A stretch of DNA of 64,000 bases, taken from an uncultured Alphaproteobacteria bacterium (GTDB lineage: Bacteria; Pseudomonadota; Alphaproteobacteria; RF32; CAG-239). The position numbers and the translations under genes were made by a program. Within the stretch, counting starts at the first letter, position 1. Every line of letters begins with the position of its first letter. This document shows positions 41,128 to 50,957 of this stretch, one piece after another. A model generated the notes under the pieces. It was given only the letters and a program-made list of their open reading frames with translations, was not told the origin of the DNA and did not search any database. The DNA lies in NCBI GenBank assembly GCA_934255405.1, contig CAKQNT010000007.1, forward strand, positions 286-64,285, written 5' to 3'.

Positions 41128-41438
41128 CTATAATTTCACCCCTATCCAAACCGTCTAGCTTAGTAAGTTCGCAAAGCTCACTAACCGCGCGTCGGTCACT
41201 TGTTCACTAGTTTCGCTGCGTTTGCTCACGCCTCACTAGCTCAACAAGTAAACTTACATCGCTTGCGGTAAAAACAACCGGAGCAACGGTTGTTTTTATC
41301 CTCGCGCCCTGTCAAGGGGAAAGGCTTATTGGGGTTAAATTTTTAAACAGGCACTATTCCGAGCGCCGAGCCAACGGCGAGCAAGCGAGTAACAGCAAAG
41401 TCAGCGCCGCCCGCCGTCGCGGGCGAGTAACAGCTTGC

Positions 41439-42770
41439 TTAGGCCTCCAGGCGCTGCCTGGCGCTGGTCAGCTCTTCTAAGGTTACTCTGGTTTGTTCTC
41501 CGGTAGCCATATTCTTGAGGGTATAATTATTGTTGGCGACTTCGTCTTCGCCGATAATAATCAGGTATGGAATTTTAATTTTGTTGGCATATTCCATTTT
41601 CTTTTTGAACTTGCAATCGCGCAACATCATATCGGCGGCAATATCGTGCTTCCGCAGTTGTCCGACCAAATGAATAGCTTTTTCGGCATAATCTGGAGAT
41701 TGAGTGATAACCAGCGCGCGGTTTGGTGTTGGACCTTCAATTTTAAGCAATCCATTGTCGCGCAATTGGTCAAACAAGCGGGTCAAACCAATGGAGATTC
41801 CCACACCGGGGAACTTCTTGTCCATAAACACACTGGAAAGGTTATCATATCTACCGCCGGAACATACCGAGCCAAATTGCGGATAATCATCAAAAAATGT
41901 CTCATAAACCGTGCCGGTATAATAATCCAAACCGCGGGTAATGCTCAAATCAATTTGTATATTGGCGGGGTTTATTCCCAAATTTTGCGCCTGATTAATT
42001 ACTGTTTTCAGTTCCCCTAATCCGGTTTGGTAATTTTCGTTGCTAATGTCAAAACTTTCAAGTTTTGCTATAATTTCGTTGTTTAGCCCGTTGATTTTGA
42101 TAAATTCCAATAGCTTGCGGTTTTTTTCTTCAGGCAAGCCCAAATCAGCCAACTCACCCAAAAACGCCGCTTCGGGAATTTTCTTTATCTTATCTACCAG
42201 TCTCAAAACATCAACCGTTTTGTCGGCGATATCCAAGCTCTCCAAAAAACCGGACAGCAACTTGCGATTGTTGAGATAAATCTTAAATGCCGGCAACTCC
42301 AATTTGTTGAATATGGTGTAAATCACCGCCAGAACTTCGGCATCATAAACAATATTCAATTCATCACGGTCGATAATGTCGATGTCGCATTGATAAAATT
42401 CGCGAAAACGTCCTTTTTGCGGACGCTCGCCGCGATAGACCTTGCCAATCTGATAACGCTTGAACGGAAAGGTCAGGTTGTTGTGATAGAGGGCGATGTA
42501 TTTGGCCAAAGGCACGGTTAAGTCAAAACGCATTGCTAAATCGGTATCGCCTTTTTTGAATTCATAAATTTGTTTTTCGGTATCTCCGCCTGATTTAGAC
42601 AACAAAACCTCTGCCAATTCCAAAATCGGCGTGTCCAAAGGTGCAAAGCCAAACAACTCGTACGTATGGGCAATGACGGACTTCATTTTTTCCATTACAA
42701 TCTGCTCTTCGGGCAGAAGTTCCATAAAACCTTGCAAAGTACGCGCCGTCATTGTTTTTATCCTTACCAA
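41439..42770 (-). CDS. hisS: histidine--tRNA ligase
   Basis: class II aaRS motifs 1-3 (FRYEPQKGRFREFYQCD-like ..KVYRGERPQKGRFREFYQCDID, GGRYD) and a C-terminal anticodon-binding domain; true start possibly at the internal Met MTARTL. Confidence 0.85.
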   Translation of the reverse strand: MVRIKTMTARTLQGFMELLPEEQIVMEKMKSVIAHTYELFGFAPLDTPILELAEVLLSKSGGDTEKQIYEFKKGDTDLAMRFDLTVPLAKYIALYHNNLTFPFKRYQIGKVYRGERPQKGRFREFYQCDIDIIDRDELNIVYDAEVLAVIYTIFNKLELPAFKIYLNNRKLLSGFLESLDIADKTVDVLRLVDKIKKIPEAAFLGELADLGLPEEKNRKLLEFIKINGLNNEIIAKLESFDISNENYQTGLGELKTVINQAQNLGINPANIQIDLSITRGLDYYTGTVYETFFDDYPQFGSVCSGGRYDNLSSVFMDKKFPGVGISIGLTRLFDQLRDNGLLKIEGPTPNRALVITQSPDYAEKAIHLVGQLRKHDIAADMMLRDCKFKKKMEYANKIKIPYLIIIGEDEVANNNYTLKNMATGEQTRVTLEELTSARQRLEA

Positions 42771-42951
42771 TACTGTTAAAATCAGTCCATAATTAAGCCG
42801 TAAAAACCATCGCTTGTCAAGAATAAAGCTTGCAGATTCCGCAAACCGTCAAAACTTGTGATTTAGTTTGTAAAAATGTTGTATTTTATTTGGCAAAAAT
42901 GCTATTATCTCGACAATATTAAAAATATCTATGTGTGTTAAGGAAAAAATA

Positions 42952-43959
42952 ATGTCAAAAATTGCAATTATCGGTGTTGAAGAAGGTGTTGGACGTGAAG
43001 TCTTAAATCTATTGGCGGAAGAAGGCAAAAAGCCTCAAGATGTGGTTGCGTTGGAGCCGCGCTCGGCTTTGGGAAATATGGTTTCTTTCGGTGAAGAAGC
43101 CGAGATTGATGTCTTGAGCTTGGACGGCTATGATTTTAAGGGCGTGAGCGTTGCGGTTTTTGCCGTGTCTGCTAAGGTTGCCAAAAAATATATGCCGCTG
43201 GCAATCAAGGCCGGTGCTAAAGTTGTTGACGCTTCAGGTGCTTCTGTCGGTGAGCCTAATGTGCCGATGGTGGTGGCCGGAATTAATGACGAAAAATCCG
43301 CTGTCGCAGAGCGCAATATGGTAGCGGTTCCCTCGGCCGAAGTTTGCCAGATGTTGATTCCTCTGCAAAAAATTCATCAGACTTATCAAGTTAAGCGTCT
43401 GGTAGTTTCAACCTATAGCTCAACCTCGGCCTATGGGCGCCCCGGCATGGACGAGCTTTTTAATCAGACCCGCAAGATTTTTATGAACGACACTTTGGCT
43501 GATGATCAGGCAGTGTTCCATAAGCAGATTGCTTTTAACGTTATTCCTCATTTGGGAGATTTTATCGGTGAGGAGACTGCCGCAGAGTGGAGCTTTAATA
43601 CCGAGACCAAGCAGGTGATGGGCGGAGATGTTAAGGTTCACGCCAATTGCGCGGTTATTCCGGCATTTATCGGTTCGGCGCAGTTTATTAATGTTGAGTG
43701 CGCCAAAGAGATAGATGTTTCTGATGCCCGCGAACTGATTAAAAAGACCAATGGAGTGATTGTTTTTGATAAGCAGACCGACGGCGGTTACGTAACCTTG
43801 CATGATATTCAGGGCGAAAATGAAATTTATGTCAGCCGTCTGCGTCAGGATTCCAGCGTTGAAAATGGTATCAGCTTTTGGTGCGTGGCCGATAATCAAC
43901 GAGCCGCCGGCGCCAAAAATATCTTGGAACTTTGCAAACTTATGACTACTCAAAAATAA
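42952..43959 (+). CDS. usg: USG-1-like protein (aspartate-semialdehyde dehydrogenase paralogue lacking the catalytic Cys motif)
   Basis: Asd-fold N- and C-domains but the NCST active-site block is replaced by AVPSAEVCQM; resembles E. coli Usg blocks (AVPDSLTSQLL, QLAFN.LP, FW.VADN.R). Confidence 0.55.
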   Translation: MSKIAIIGVEEGVGREVLNLLAEEGKKPQDVVALEPRSALGNMVSFGEEAEIDVLSLDGYDFKGVSVAVFAVSAKVAKKYMPLAIKAGAKVVDASGASVGEPNVPMVVAGINDEKSAVAERNMVAVPSAEVCQMLIPLQKIHQTYQVKRLVVSTYSSTSAYGRPGMDELFNQTRKIFMNDTLADDQAVFHKQIAFNVIPHLGDFIGEETAAEWSFNTETKQVMGGDVKVHANCAVIPAFIGSAQFINVECAKEIDVSDARELIKKTNGVIVFDKQTDGGYVTLHDIQGENEIYVSRLRQDSSVENGISFWCVADNQRAAGAKNILELCKLMTTQK

Positions 43960-43975
43960 TTTGGAGTTTTAGCTT

Positions 43976-46441
43976 ATGAAACGTGTTTCGCTGTTTTTAT
44001 TTGCTTTTTTGCTGTTTGCCTTTGGAGCAGTGTCGGAAGGCTCTGCCCAATCTGTAAATGTTTTGGACGAAAACCTCAAATACAATACAGTTAGTGCCAA
44101 TTTGGCGCGTATTGAGGGGCAGTTGAAGAAAAAGATTTCTTCAAACGAGCTTGCGCAGGATATTGACTATCTGCACGATATTCGTTCTCAGCTGGAAAAC
44201 AGCAAAAAACGAATTGAATTTGACATCAAAACTGCGGAAAAACGCTTAGAAGCTCTCGGCGCCGTGCCGGAAGACGGACACGAGATTGAACTGATTGCCC
44301 AAAAACGCAAGCAGTTCAGTCGCGAGCTTGCAGAAGAAAAAGCCCGACAAGCTGAAGTTGAACTGCTTATGGCCAAGCTTGATGAAATTGATTTGGCTAT
44401 ATTTAATCTGCGCAACGAAGAATTATGGGGAAATTTGCTGGTTGCCGGCGACGCGGTTGTGTATCCCAAAGTTTTTATAAACTCCGGAAAAGATCTGCTG
44501 GAGTTGGTGGCTGATATTGCCGTTTCTCCGTTTTTGTGGTATCAAAATCTTACGCCTGAGGCCAAAAACACTCTCAATGCCAAGATGCTGCCGGTGGCGC
44601 TTACACTGGTGTTTATCACTGTTTTGGGCTGGGTTCTGCGCCGCTTTATCCTGCGCCGTTTTGGGTATCGCGATGATGTGATAAACCCGCGGTTCGGGCG
44701 CAAAGTTTGGGCGGCGATTTCAGTCTGGATTGCCTATGGTGTCATTCCGACCTTTATCATTAGTTTGTGTTTGCTATGGATGATTAGCGGCAAAATCCTT
44801 ACCACCGGTTTCTTTGGCATGGTGCTCAGCAGCTGTTTGTATTATTCGCTGTTTGTGATTATGGGAATGGCGGTTTGCCGCGTTATCTTTACCCCTTATC
44901 ATGAAAACTGGCGTCTGATAAATGTTTCTACCGAGCGCGCCAAAAAAGTGACCAAGGCTCTCTACATATCGGTAATTTTAGTGGGAATTTTATCTTTCTT
45001 GCAGCATATCGTTAGCGACGAAAACTATCCGATAGAGTTGATGACGTTTTTAGTTGCGGTTTCTGCCATTGTTAAAGCATTTTGCGTGGCCTGGGTGTTA
45101 CAACGGCTAATGTGGACAGAAGTTCAGCCTCAAGCCGAAGAATTAGACGCCGCGGTTGAAGATACAGAAGATGAAAATCTGCTCAGCGCCGAGGCGCAGG
45201 CCGAAGAAGATCGCGACAGCTTGATTATTCGCACTATTTCTTTTGCCATATTGGGGGCGGTTGGCATTGCCGGACTTTCTTTGTTTGGCTATCCGTATCT
45301 GGCGTTGTTTATTATCAATCGCATCATCTTTTCGATTGTGCTGATTATTTCTTTTGTGGCGGTTCGTCGTCTGTTGCACGAGATTTTGCATCGGCTTTTG
45401 TTTCTCAAATTTTGGGCGCGCACTTTCCGTATGCGCCGTCGCATTTTGCGCAAGTTGGATTTCTGGTCAAGCTTTTTGATTGATCCGTCTCTTGCTTTTT
45501 GTAGCTTTTTTGCCTTTTTGGCATTATGGGGTGTTCCGACCGAAGTTTTGCGCACCATAGTATATAAACTGTTTACCGGTTTTACTGTCGGTGGAATGAG
45601 AATTTCTCTGCTCTCCATAATTTTAGGCTTAATTGTTTTCTTTGTACTGATAACATTGGTAAAATCTTTGCGCCCCAAAATTGAGAATAATATGTTGGCT
45701 CGCATGGATATTGATGAGGGGACACGTCACTCATTGGCTTCGGGCTTCTCTTCGGTCGGATATGTTGCTTCCGGTTTGTTGGCAATTGTGATAATGGGTG
45801 GTAACCTCACTAGCTTAGCTTTGGTTGCCGGTGCTCTTTCTGTTGGTATTGGTCTCGGCTTGCAGAATGTGGTAAACAACTTTGTTTCCGGCATTATCTT
45901 GCTGTTTGAGCGTCCGGTAAAAGTTGGCGACTGGGTAGTGATTAATGGCGAGGAGGGGCGTATTAAGCAGATTAATATCCGCTCTACCGAGGTTGAAACT
46001 TTTCGCAAATCAAGCCTGATTATTCCTAATGCCAATTTGCTTTCTACCACGGTCACCAACCTTACGCATGGCAATAATTGGTCGCGTCAATCGGTTAGTG
46101 TTGGTGTTGCCTATGGTTCAGACACAGAAAAAGTTAAGCGGATTCTGCTGGAGTGCGCTGCAGGGCACAAAAGAGTCTTGCGCAAACCTGAGCCTTATGT
46201 CCTGTTTAAGGATTTTGGCGCCAGCAGCTTGGATTTTGAACTCCGCTGCTATACCAATGATATTTGGACCGGATGGAATATCCCCAGTGACTTGCGTTAT
46301 GAAATAAACCGGCGCTTTAATGAAGAGGGGATTGAGATTCCGTTCAATCAGTTGGTTGTTCATACCGGTAGCTCGGTTGCTGAGGAAACTCAAGATATGT
46401 TCTATGCTTCTAAAAAAAGAGGAAAAAAGAATGCTAATTAA
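43976..46441 (+). CDS. MscK/KefA-family mechanosensitive channel
   Basis: signal peptide, long periplasmic coiled-coil, ~11 TM helices, C-terminal MscS domain (IILLFERPVKVGDWV..G..G.V..I..R.T). Confidence 0.75.
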   Translation: MKRVSLFLFAFLLFAFGAVSEGSAQSVNVLDENLKYNTVSANLARIEGQLKKKISSNELAQDIDYLHDIRSQLENSKKRIEFDIKTAEKRLEALGAVPEDGHEIELIAQKRKQFSRELAEEKARQAEVELLMAKLDEIDLAIFNLRNEELWGNLLVAGDAVVYPKVFINSGKDLLELVADIAVSPFLWYQNLTPEAKNTLNAKMLPVALTLVFITVLGWVLRRFILRRFGYRDDVINPRFGRKVWAAISVWIAYGVIPTFIISLCLLWMISGKILTTGFFGMVLSSCLYYSLFVIMGMAVCRVIFTPYHENWRLINVSTERAKKVTKALYISVILVGILSFLQHIVSDENYPIELMTFLVAVSAIVKAFCVAWVLQRLMWTEVQPQAEELDAAVEDTEDENLLSAEAQAEEDRDSLIIRTISFAILGAVGIAGLSLFGYPYLALFIINRIIFSIVLIISFVAVRRLLHEILHRLLFLKFWARTFRMRRRILRKLDFWSSFLIDPSLAFCSFFAFLALWGVPTEVLRTIVYKLFTGFTVGGMRISLLSIILGLIVFFVLITLVKSLRPKIENNMLARMDIDEGTRHSLASGFSSVGYVASGLLAIVIMGGNLTSLALVAGALSVGIGLGLQNVVNNFVSGIILLFERPVKVGDWVVINGEEGRIKQINIRSTEVETFRKSSLIIPNANLLSTTVTNLTHGNNWSRQSVSVGVAYGSDTEKVKRILLECAAGHKRVLRKPEPYVLFKDFGASSLDFELRCYTNDIWTGWNIPSDLRYEINRRFNEEGIEIPFNQLVVHTGSSVAEETQDMFYASKKRGKKNAN

Positions 46442-47756
46442 AGATTTACGGAACAAAAATATTGCCATCTGGGGCATGGGAGCAGAGGGACAAGCCGCCA
46501 AGGCTTATTTGGAAACTCACAAAATCACCGACAAAATTATGGTGTATAATGATAATGACGGAGCAGACAAATTTGCTGAGGTTGTTGCCAAAGCTGAAGT
46601 CATTATCCGTTCCCCCGGTGTAAGTATCTACAAGCCGGAAATCCAACAAGCCAAATCCGCTGGTATCAAAATAACCTCTTGTTCTGAAATGTTTTTGGAC
46701 GAAATGCGCACCAATCACCCGCATACCAAGGTTATCGGCATTAGCGGTTCCAAGGGCAAGAGCACCAGTGTCAGCATGTTGTTTCATATGTTGCGCCAAC
46801 TCGGGCTGAATGTCGGGCTCGGAGGAAATATCGGTAAACCGCTTATAGAGCTGTTGGACACCGAGCATGATTATATGGTTTGCGAGTTCTCCAGCTATCA
46901 GGCCAGTGATTTAGACGTCTCGCCCAATATTGTAATGTTTACTAATCTGTTCTCGGTGCATACCGATTGGCACGGCGGGCATGAAAACTATTGCCGCGAC
47001 AAGGTTCACTTGGCCGCCAATCAAAAAGACGGCGATATCTGTATTGTCAACCGCAACAACGCCCAATTGGTGGAATATTGCCGCAATTTGCCTAATGTTA
47101 TGTATTATGGCGAGCCAACCGGTTTTCATGCCAATGGCAAAAATCTTTATTATAAAGACGAGTTGTTGCTGAGCATAGATGAACTCAAAATCAGCGGCAA
47201 TCACAATATGGATAATTTGGCCGGTGTAATGACAATCATGGCGCAATTGGGTTTGGATTTTCGCAAAGCGGCGCAAACCCTCAAAACTTTTGAACCATTG
47301 CCTCATCGCCTGCAAAAGGTTGATACGGTTGACGGCGTGCTGTTTATCAACGACAGTATTTCTACAGCTCCCGAGGCTGCTGTCAGCGCTATGCAAAGTT
47401 TTGATGAGGGTATGGCTATTATTTCCGGTGGTATAGAAAATAAGCAAGATTATCGGCAATATGCCCAAACCATTGAGCACAATCCCAAAGTTAAGGCGGT
47501 TATCACTCTGTTTCAGTGTGGACCGCAGATTGCCGATACTATCCGTCAGATTGTAAAACGTCAGGATTTTAAGCTGATTGAGGTGGACACTCTGGAGCAG
47601 GCGGTGGAGGCTGCTTTTGCCGAGGTTAAAAAAGCCGGCGGACATTTAGTGCTGTTTTCACCAACCGCACCAAGCTTCGGTTATTACAAAAACTTTATGG
47701 AGCGCGGCGAGCATTTTATTAGCATTGTTAAACAGCTTAAGGAAAATCACAGATGA
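46431..47756 (+). CDS. murD: UDP-N-acetylmuramoylalanine--D-glutamate ligase
   Basis: Mur ligase motifs (GISGSKGKST, NIGKPL, H..D.H) and MurD-type N-terminal Rossmann; start at MLIKDLR overlapping the mscK stop. Confidence 0.8.
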   Translation: MLIKDLRNKNIAIWGMGAEGQAAKAYLETHKITDKIMVYNDNDGADKFAEVVAKAEVIIRSPGVSIYKPEIQQAKSAGIKITSCSEMFLDEMRTNHPHTKVIGISGSKGKSTSVSMLFHMLRQLGLNVGLGGNIGKPLIELLDTEHDYMVCEFSSYQASDLDVSPNIVMFTNLFSVHTDWHGGHENYCRDKVHLAANQKDGDICIVNRNNAQLVEYCRNLPNVMYYGEPTGFHANGKNLYYKDELLLSIDELKISGNHNMDNLAGVMTIMAQLGLDFRKAAQTLKTFEPLPHRLQKVDTVDGVLFINDSISTAPEAAVSAMQSFDEGMAIISGGIENKQDYRQYAQTIEHNPKVKAVITLFQCGPQIADTIRQIVKRQDFKLIEVDTLEQAVEAAFAEVKKAGGHLVLFSPTAPSFGYYKNFMERGEHFISIVKQLKENHR

Positions 47757-48457
47757 GTATTCTGCAGAGAGTAATCCGCTGTTTGGCCTTTAATCGATCA
47801 ATAAGAGTTGCTTCCGGCAATGTTTTTCGTTGTGCGTCCCCTAAAACTTTCAAACATCTAAAGGTCAATATCAAAGGTAAGGGAAATATTGTTGAAATAG
47901 ATGATGTCTATTCTCATGATAGCCGTTTAACAATTAAAATTATCGGCAATGGCAATATCGTAAAAATCGGCAATACGTCGCTCCTTAAGGCTATTATGCA
48001 GATTGGGCAGCCTAAAACTCCGGTTGAAAATTGCACCTTGAGTATTGGTAATGACTCTGGCTGTTGCGATGCCCGCTTCATGATGTGTGAAGATAATTCT
48101 CAGATTGTTATTGGGCAAAAAGCCATGATTTCCGATAATGTACAAATCTGGTGTACAGATACTCATTCGGTTGTCGATATGGAAGGCAATTTGTTAAACG
48201 AGGGTAAGGAAGTTAAAATCGGTGATCACGTTTGGATTGGTAGAGATGTCCATATAAGCAAAAACACTTATATTGCCGATAATAGTATTGTTGGTTGGGG
48301 GAGTATTGTAACCGGAAAACATACGGAGCCAAATGTAATTTTAGCCGGAGTACCTGCCCGAGTAGTCAAGCGCAATGTTACTTGGGATGGACGTAATCCC
48401 AAAACCTATCTTGCAGAAAACCGCAACCGGTCTGCAGATAAAATAAAAACTTGCTAA
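47753..48457 (+). CDS. hexapeptide-repeat (left-handed beta-helix) acyl/acetyltransferase
   Basis: tandem [LIV]-G-x-x-x-x hexapeptide repeats (IGDHVWIGRDVHISKNTYIADNSIVGWGSIV). Confidence 0.6.
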   Translation: MSILQRVIRCLAFNRSIRVASGNVFRCASPKTFKHLKVNIKGKGNIVEIDDVYSHDSRLTIKIIGNGNIVKIGNTSLLKAIMQIGQPKTPVENCTLSIGNDSGCCDARFMMCEDNSQIVIGQKAMISDNVQIWCTDTHSVVDMEGNLLNEGKEVKIGDHVWIGRDVHISKNTYIADNSIVGWGSIVTGKHTEPNVILAGVPARVVKRNVTWDGRNPKTYLAENRNRSADKIKTC

Positions 48458-48489
48458 ATATAAAATGATGATGTAAAAGAAATGTCATT

Positions 48490-48565
<76 letters not shown>

Positions 48566-48695
48566 CTTCAAACCCTAGGATTTCCTAGAGTTTTGCTATC
48601 TTAAATGGTTGCGGTTGATTGTTAAAAATGTGTAAAAATGTGCAAAAATTGTCGATTCGTTGAGCTAAAGTTGCACAAAACTTGCACAAAGAATT

Positions 48696-49757
48696 TTATT
48701 GATTGAAAGTTTTTTCTAAAGCCGAGCGTTTTTGATCATCAAGAACGTGAGCATATATCGCGGTAGTTTTAATATCCGCGTGGCCGGCTATTTTTTGAGC
48801 GACACGGATATCACCGGTTGATTTGACAATCCAAGTTATGGCGGTGTGCCGCAGGGTGTGAAAATTAGTGTAAGGAAGTTTGGGATCTTTGAGATTGCCA
48901 TTGGCATCATAAAATATGGAATGCCAAGCGTGCTTGATGTCAGATACGGGCTTTCCATGGTAGTTAAATACATATTCATTTATTCGCGGCAATGTTTGCA
49001 ACAGATCTTTTAATTTACCAATCATGGGAATGGTGTGGTTTTTGCCGCCAACGGTGGTTCGGTCTTTGACTTGAACAGTAATGGTATTGTTGACAAAGTC
49101 AATTTGCGACCATTTCAACTTAAGGACGGTCCCTCGGCGAAAGCCGGTGTGGAGAGCGGTGAATATAATTGGTTTTAGGTGTTCGGGGGCGCGGTCTATA
49201 ATTGTTTGCGCGGTTTCCCAATCCTTGAGGTATTTTATATTTTCAGCAGGAACAGGCAGCTTAAATTTAATGGGGTTAGCTAAATTTGTTTTGGCTTCCC
49301 AATAATCGTTGGCCAAGTTCCTGATCGCGGACAAAATGGATAATTCTCGGTTGATTGTGCCGTTTTTTACGGTTTTGCGCCGCAATGCGACATAATCGGA
49401 TAAAACTTTTTTATCAATCTCATGAAAATATGTTACGCCGAGATTTTTCTTCATATTGGCAATTCTTAATAATACGTTGCGAGGCTTTGCTTGAAATTGG
49501 GCTCTTTCTTCAAAATAGCGGCCAAAAGCCTCATCCAGCGTTATGCCGGGCAACTCGCCGTTTGCAGCGGCTCGGCTTTTCTTCTGAATTTCTTCAATGC
49601 GGTGGAGGCAGTATTTGGCTGCCTCTGCTTCTGATATTTTGCCAGTTGACGTTCTAAGCTGTACTCTTTCTCCGGTTTCAGCGATGAAAGAGATATACGC
49701 GTGGTAGATACCGTTTCTGGTGAATAAGCGGTACGGTATACTGTGTTTCTTTGCCAA
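48696..49757 (-). CDS. int: tyrosine-type site-specific integrase
   Basis: N-terminal arm-type SAM-like domain plus catalytic R..HxxR..Y residues (HTLRHTAITW, AIYAHV). Confidence 0.85.
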   Translation of the reverse strand: MAKKHSIPYRLFTRNGIYHAYISFIAETGERVQLRTSTGKISEAEAAKYCLHRIEEIQKKSRAAANGELPGITLDEAFGRYFEERAQFQAKPRNVLLRIANMKKNLGVTYFHEIDKKVLSDYVALRRKTVKNGTINRELSILSAIRNLANDYWEAKTNLANPIKFKLPVPAENIKYLKDWETAQTIIDRAPEHLKPIIFTALHTGFRRGTVLKLKWSQIDFVNNTITVQVKDRTTVGGKNHTIPMIGKLKDLLQTLPRINEYVFNYHGKPVSDIKHAWHSIFYDANGNLKDPKLPYTNFHTLRHTAITWIVKSTGDIRVAQKIAGHADIKTTAIYAHVLDDQKRSALEKTFNQ

Positions 49758-49927
49758 CGGTGTAAATCCTCGATTTGGAAAAATAGAGAGCCGCCAATTT
49801 CCTTAAAGGCTATCTCTCCAGAGTTTATAACCTTGCGGAACTTGTATCTCGTAAGCCTCAATTCTTCCCTAGCCTCTTTTTCTGATAGAAAAGGGTTTAA
49901 ACCATTTTCACTATTTTGTCGAGTCAT
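49541..49927 (-). CDS. xis: excisionase/AlpA-like HTH protein (ORF overlaps the integrase 5' end by ~217 nt)
   Basis: LSEKEAREELRLTRYKFRKVINSGEIAFKEIGGSLFFQIEDLHRW resembles MerR/AlpA-type excisionase HTH. Confidence 0.4.
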   Translation of the reverse strand: MTRQNSENGLNPFLSEKEAREELRLTRYKFRKVINSGEIAFKEIGGSLFFQIEDLHRWQRNTVYRTAYSPETVSTTRISLSSLKPEKEYSLERQLAKYQKQRQPNTASTALKKFRRKAEPLQTASCPA

Positions 49928-50207
49928 TTTTTGCCCCCACGTTGTACAGATACGCCCAATTTTTCATAACCCAGCTTTTATGCTTGGGGCTGACCTTAAG
50001 CAGCACGTCCAACGCCTCTTTAAGCTCGGATTTAAGGGCTTCATTTTCGCCGCGTAGATCGTTTGGGATCTGTCGAGCAATTTTTAGGCATTCTGAGATG
50101 CAATCCATGCTAAAGGCATTTCCAACCAACATGCTTATTTGCACGGTATGATCAATTAATGTTTCCATTTGTTTTTCTGAGATAATATAAAAATTAAATA
50201 TTTTCAT
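49911..50207 (-). CDS. phage hypothetical protein
   Basis: ORF in the leftward early operon. Confidence 0.3.
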   Translation of the reverse strand: MKIFNFYIISEKQMETLIDHTVQISMLVGNAFSMDCISECLKIARQIPNDLRGENEALKSELKEALDVLLKVSPKHKSWVMKNWAYLYNVGAKNDSTK

Positions 50208-50379
50208 CGCTTTACCGTTCTGTTGTTACAATTTCCAGTATTGGAATAATTTACATACAAAGTCCTGAAAGTCCGGCATCGTGTTGTTTGTGTTTGCTTT
50301 CTCATAGCAATAAATCATAAGGCACAGACAACAGACAAAAAGCCAACAAGGGCTAAAAACCAGCTTTAAAACAAGTGTT

Positions 50380-50616
50380 TCAATCTTCTTTAACATCAAA
50401 TAACTCCTCTAAGTTTACTTTTGATTTTCCGAGATATTTCATAGATGGAAAAGTTAATAGGCTGCTTTGAATCCAATTACCTATAATCTCCCCATTTCCG
50501 TTAAGGTAAAGAGCATAAAAGCAATCTAAATTTTCTGTTTTGGCAACTGCTGAAACATACATTTTTGTTTCACAATCTTCCCACACATCTCCGATTTCTG
50601 GTTTATCTCTATTCAT
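50380..50616 (-). CDS. phage hypothetical protein
   Basis: ORF. Confidence 0.3.
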   Translation of the reverse strand: MNRDKPEIGDVWEDCETKMYVSAVAKTENLDCFYALYLNGNGEIIGNWIQSSLLTFPSMKYLGKSKVNLEELFDVKED

Positions 50617-50812
50617 CTAACTCATCTCCTGCTTTCTTAATTGACTTAACAACGCCCTTAATAAGGCTTGATGCACCTAGTGTTGCAATAGACATAAGTC
50701 CGTCTGTTTCGTCTTTTCTATCGTCTGTTAAGCTGCTGAGGTCTTTTCCAAGCTCTCCAAGGCAGCGCACAGGGGTTGATGCTAAAGTGGTTAGAGATTT
50801 AGATATGCTCAT
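50609..50812 (-). CDS. phage hypothetical protein
   Basis: ORF. Confidence 0.25.
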   Translation of the reverse strand: MSISKSLTTLASTPVRCLGELGKDLSSLTDDRKDETDGLMSIATLGASSLIKGVVKSIKKAGDELDE

Positions 50813-50957
50813 TTTCTATTACTCCATATCGCAAGAAGAAATGCAAAAAATAAAGTTAGCTCAATAGCTATTTCAAAAGTGGACATGCCTGCGAATACTT
50901 CTTTTTTAACTTCAATATTCCAAAGTAATATCCACCAATAACAAAGTAGTGTTATCA

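Noticed and set aside
46911-47645. 244-aa minus-strand ORF inside murD
   Set aside because: Antisense shadow ORF of a conserved gene.
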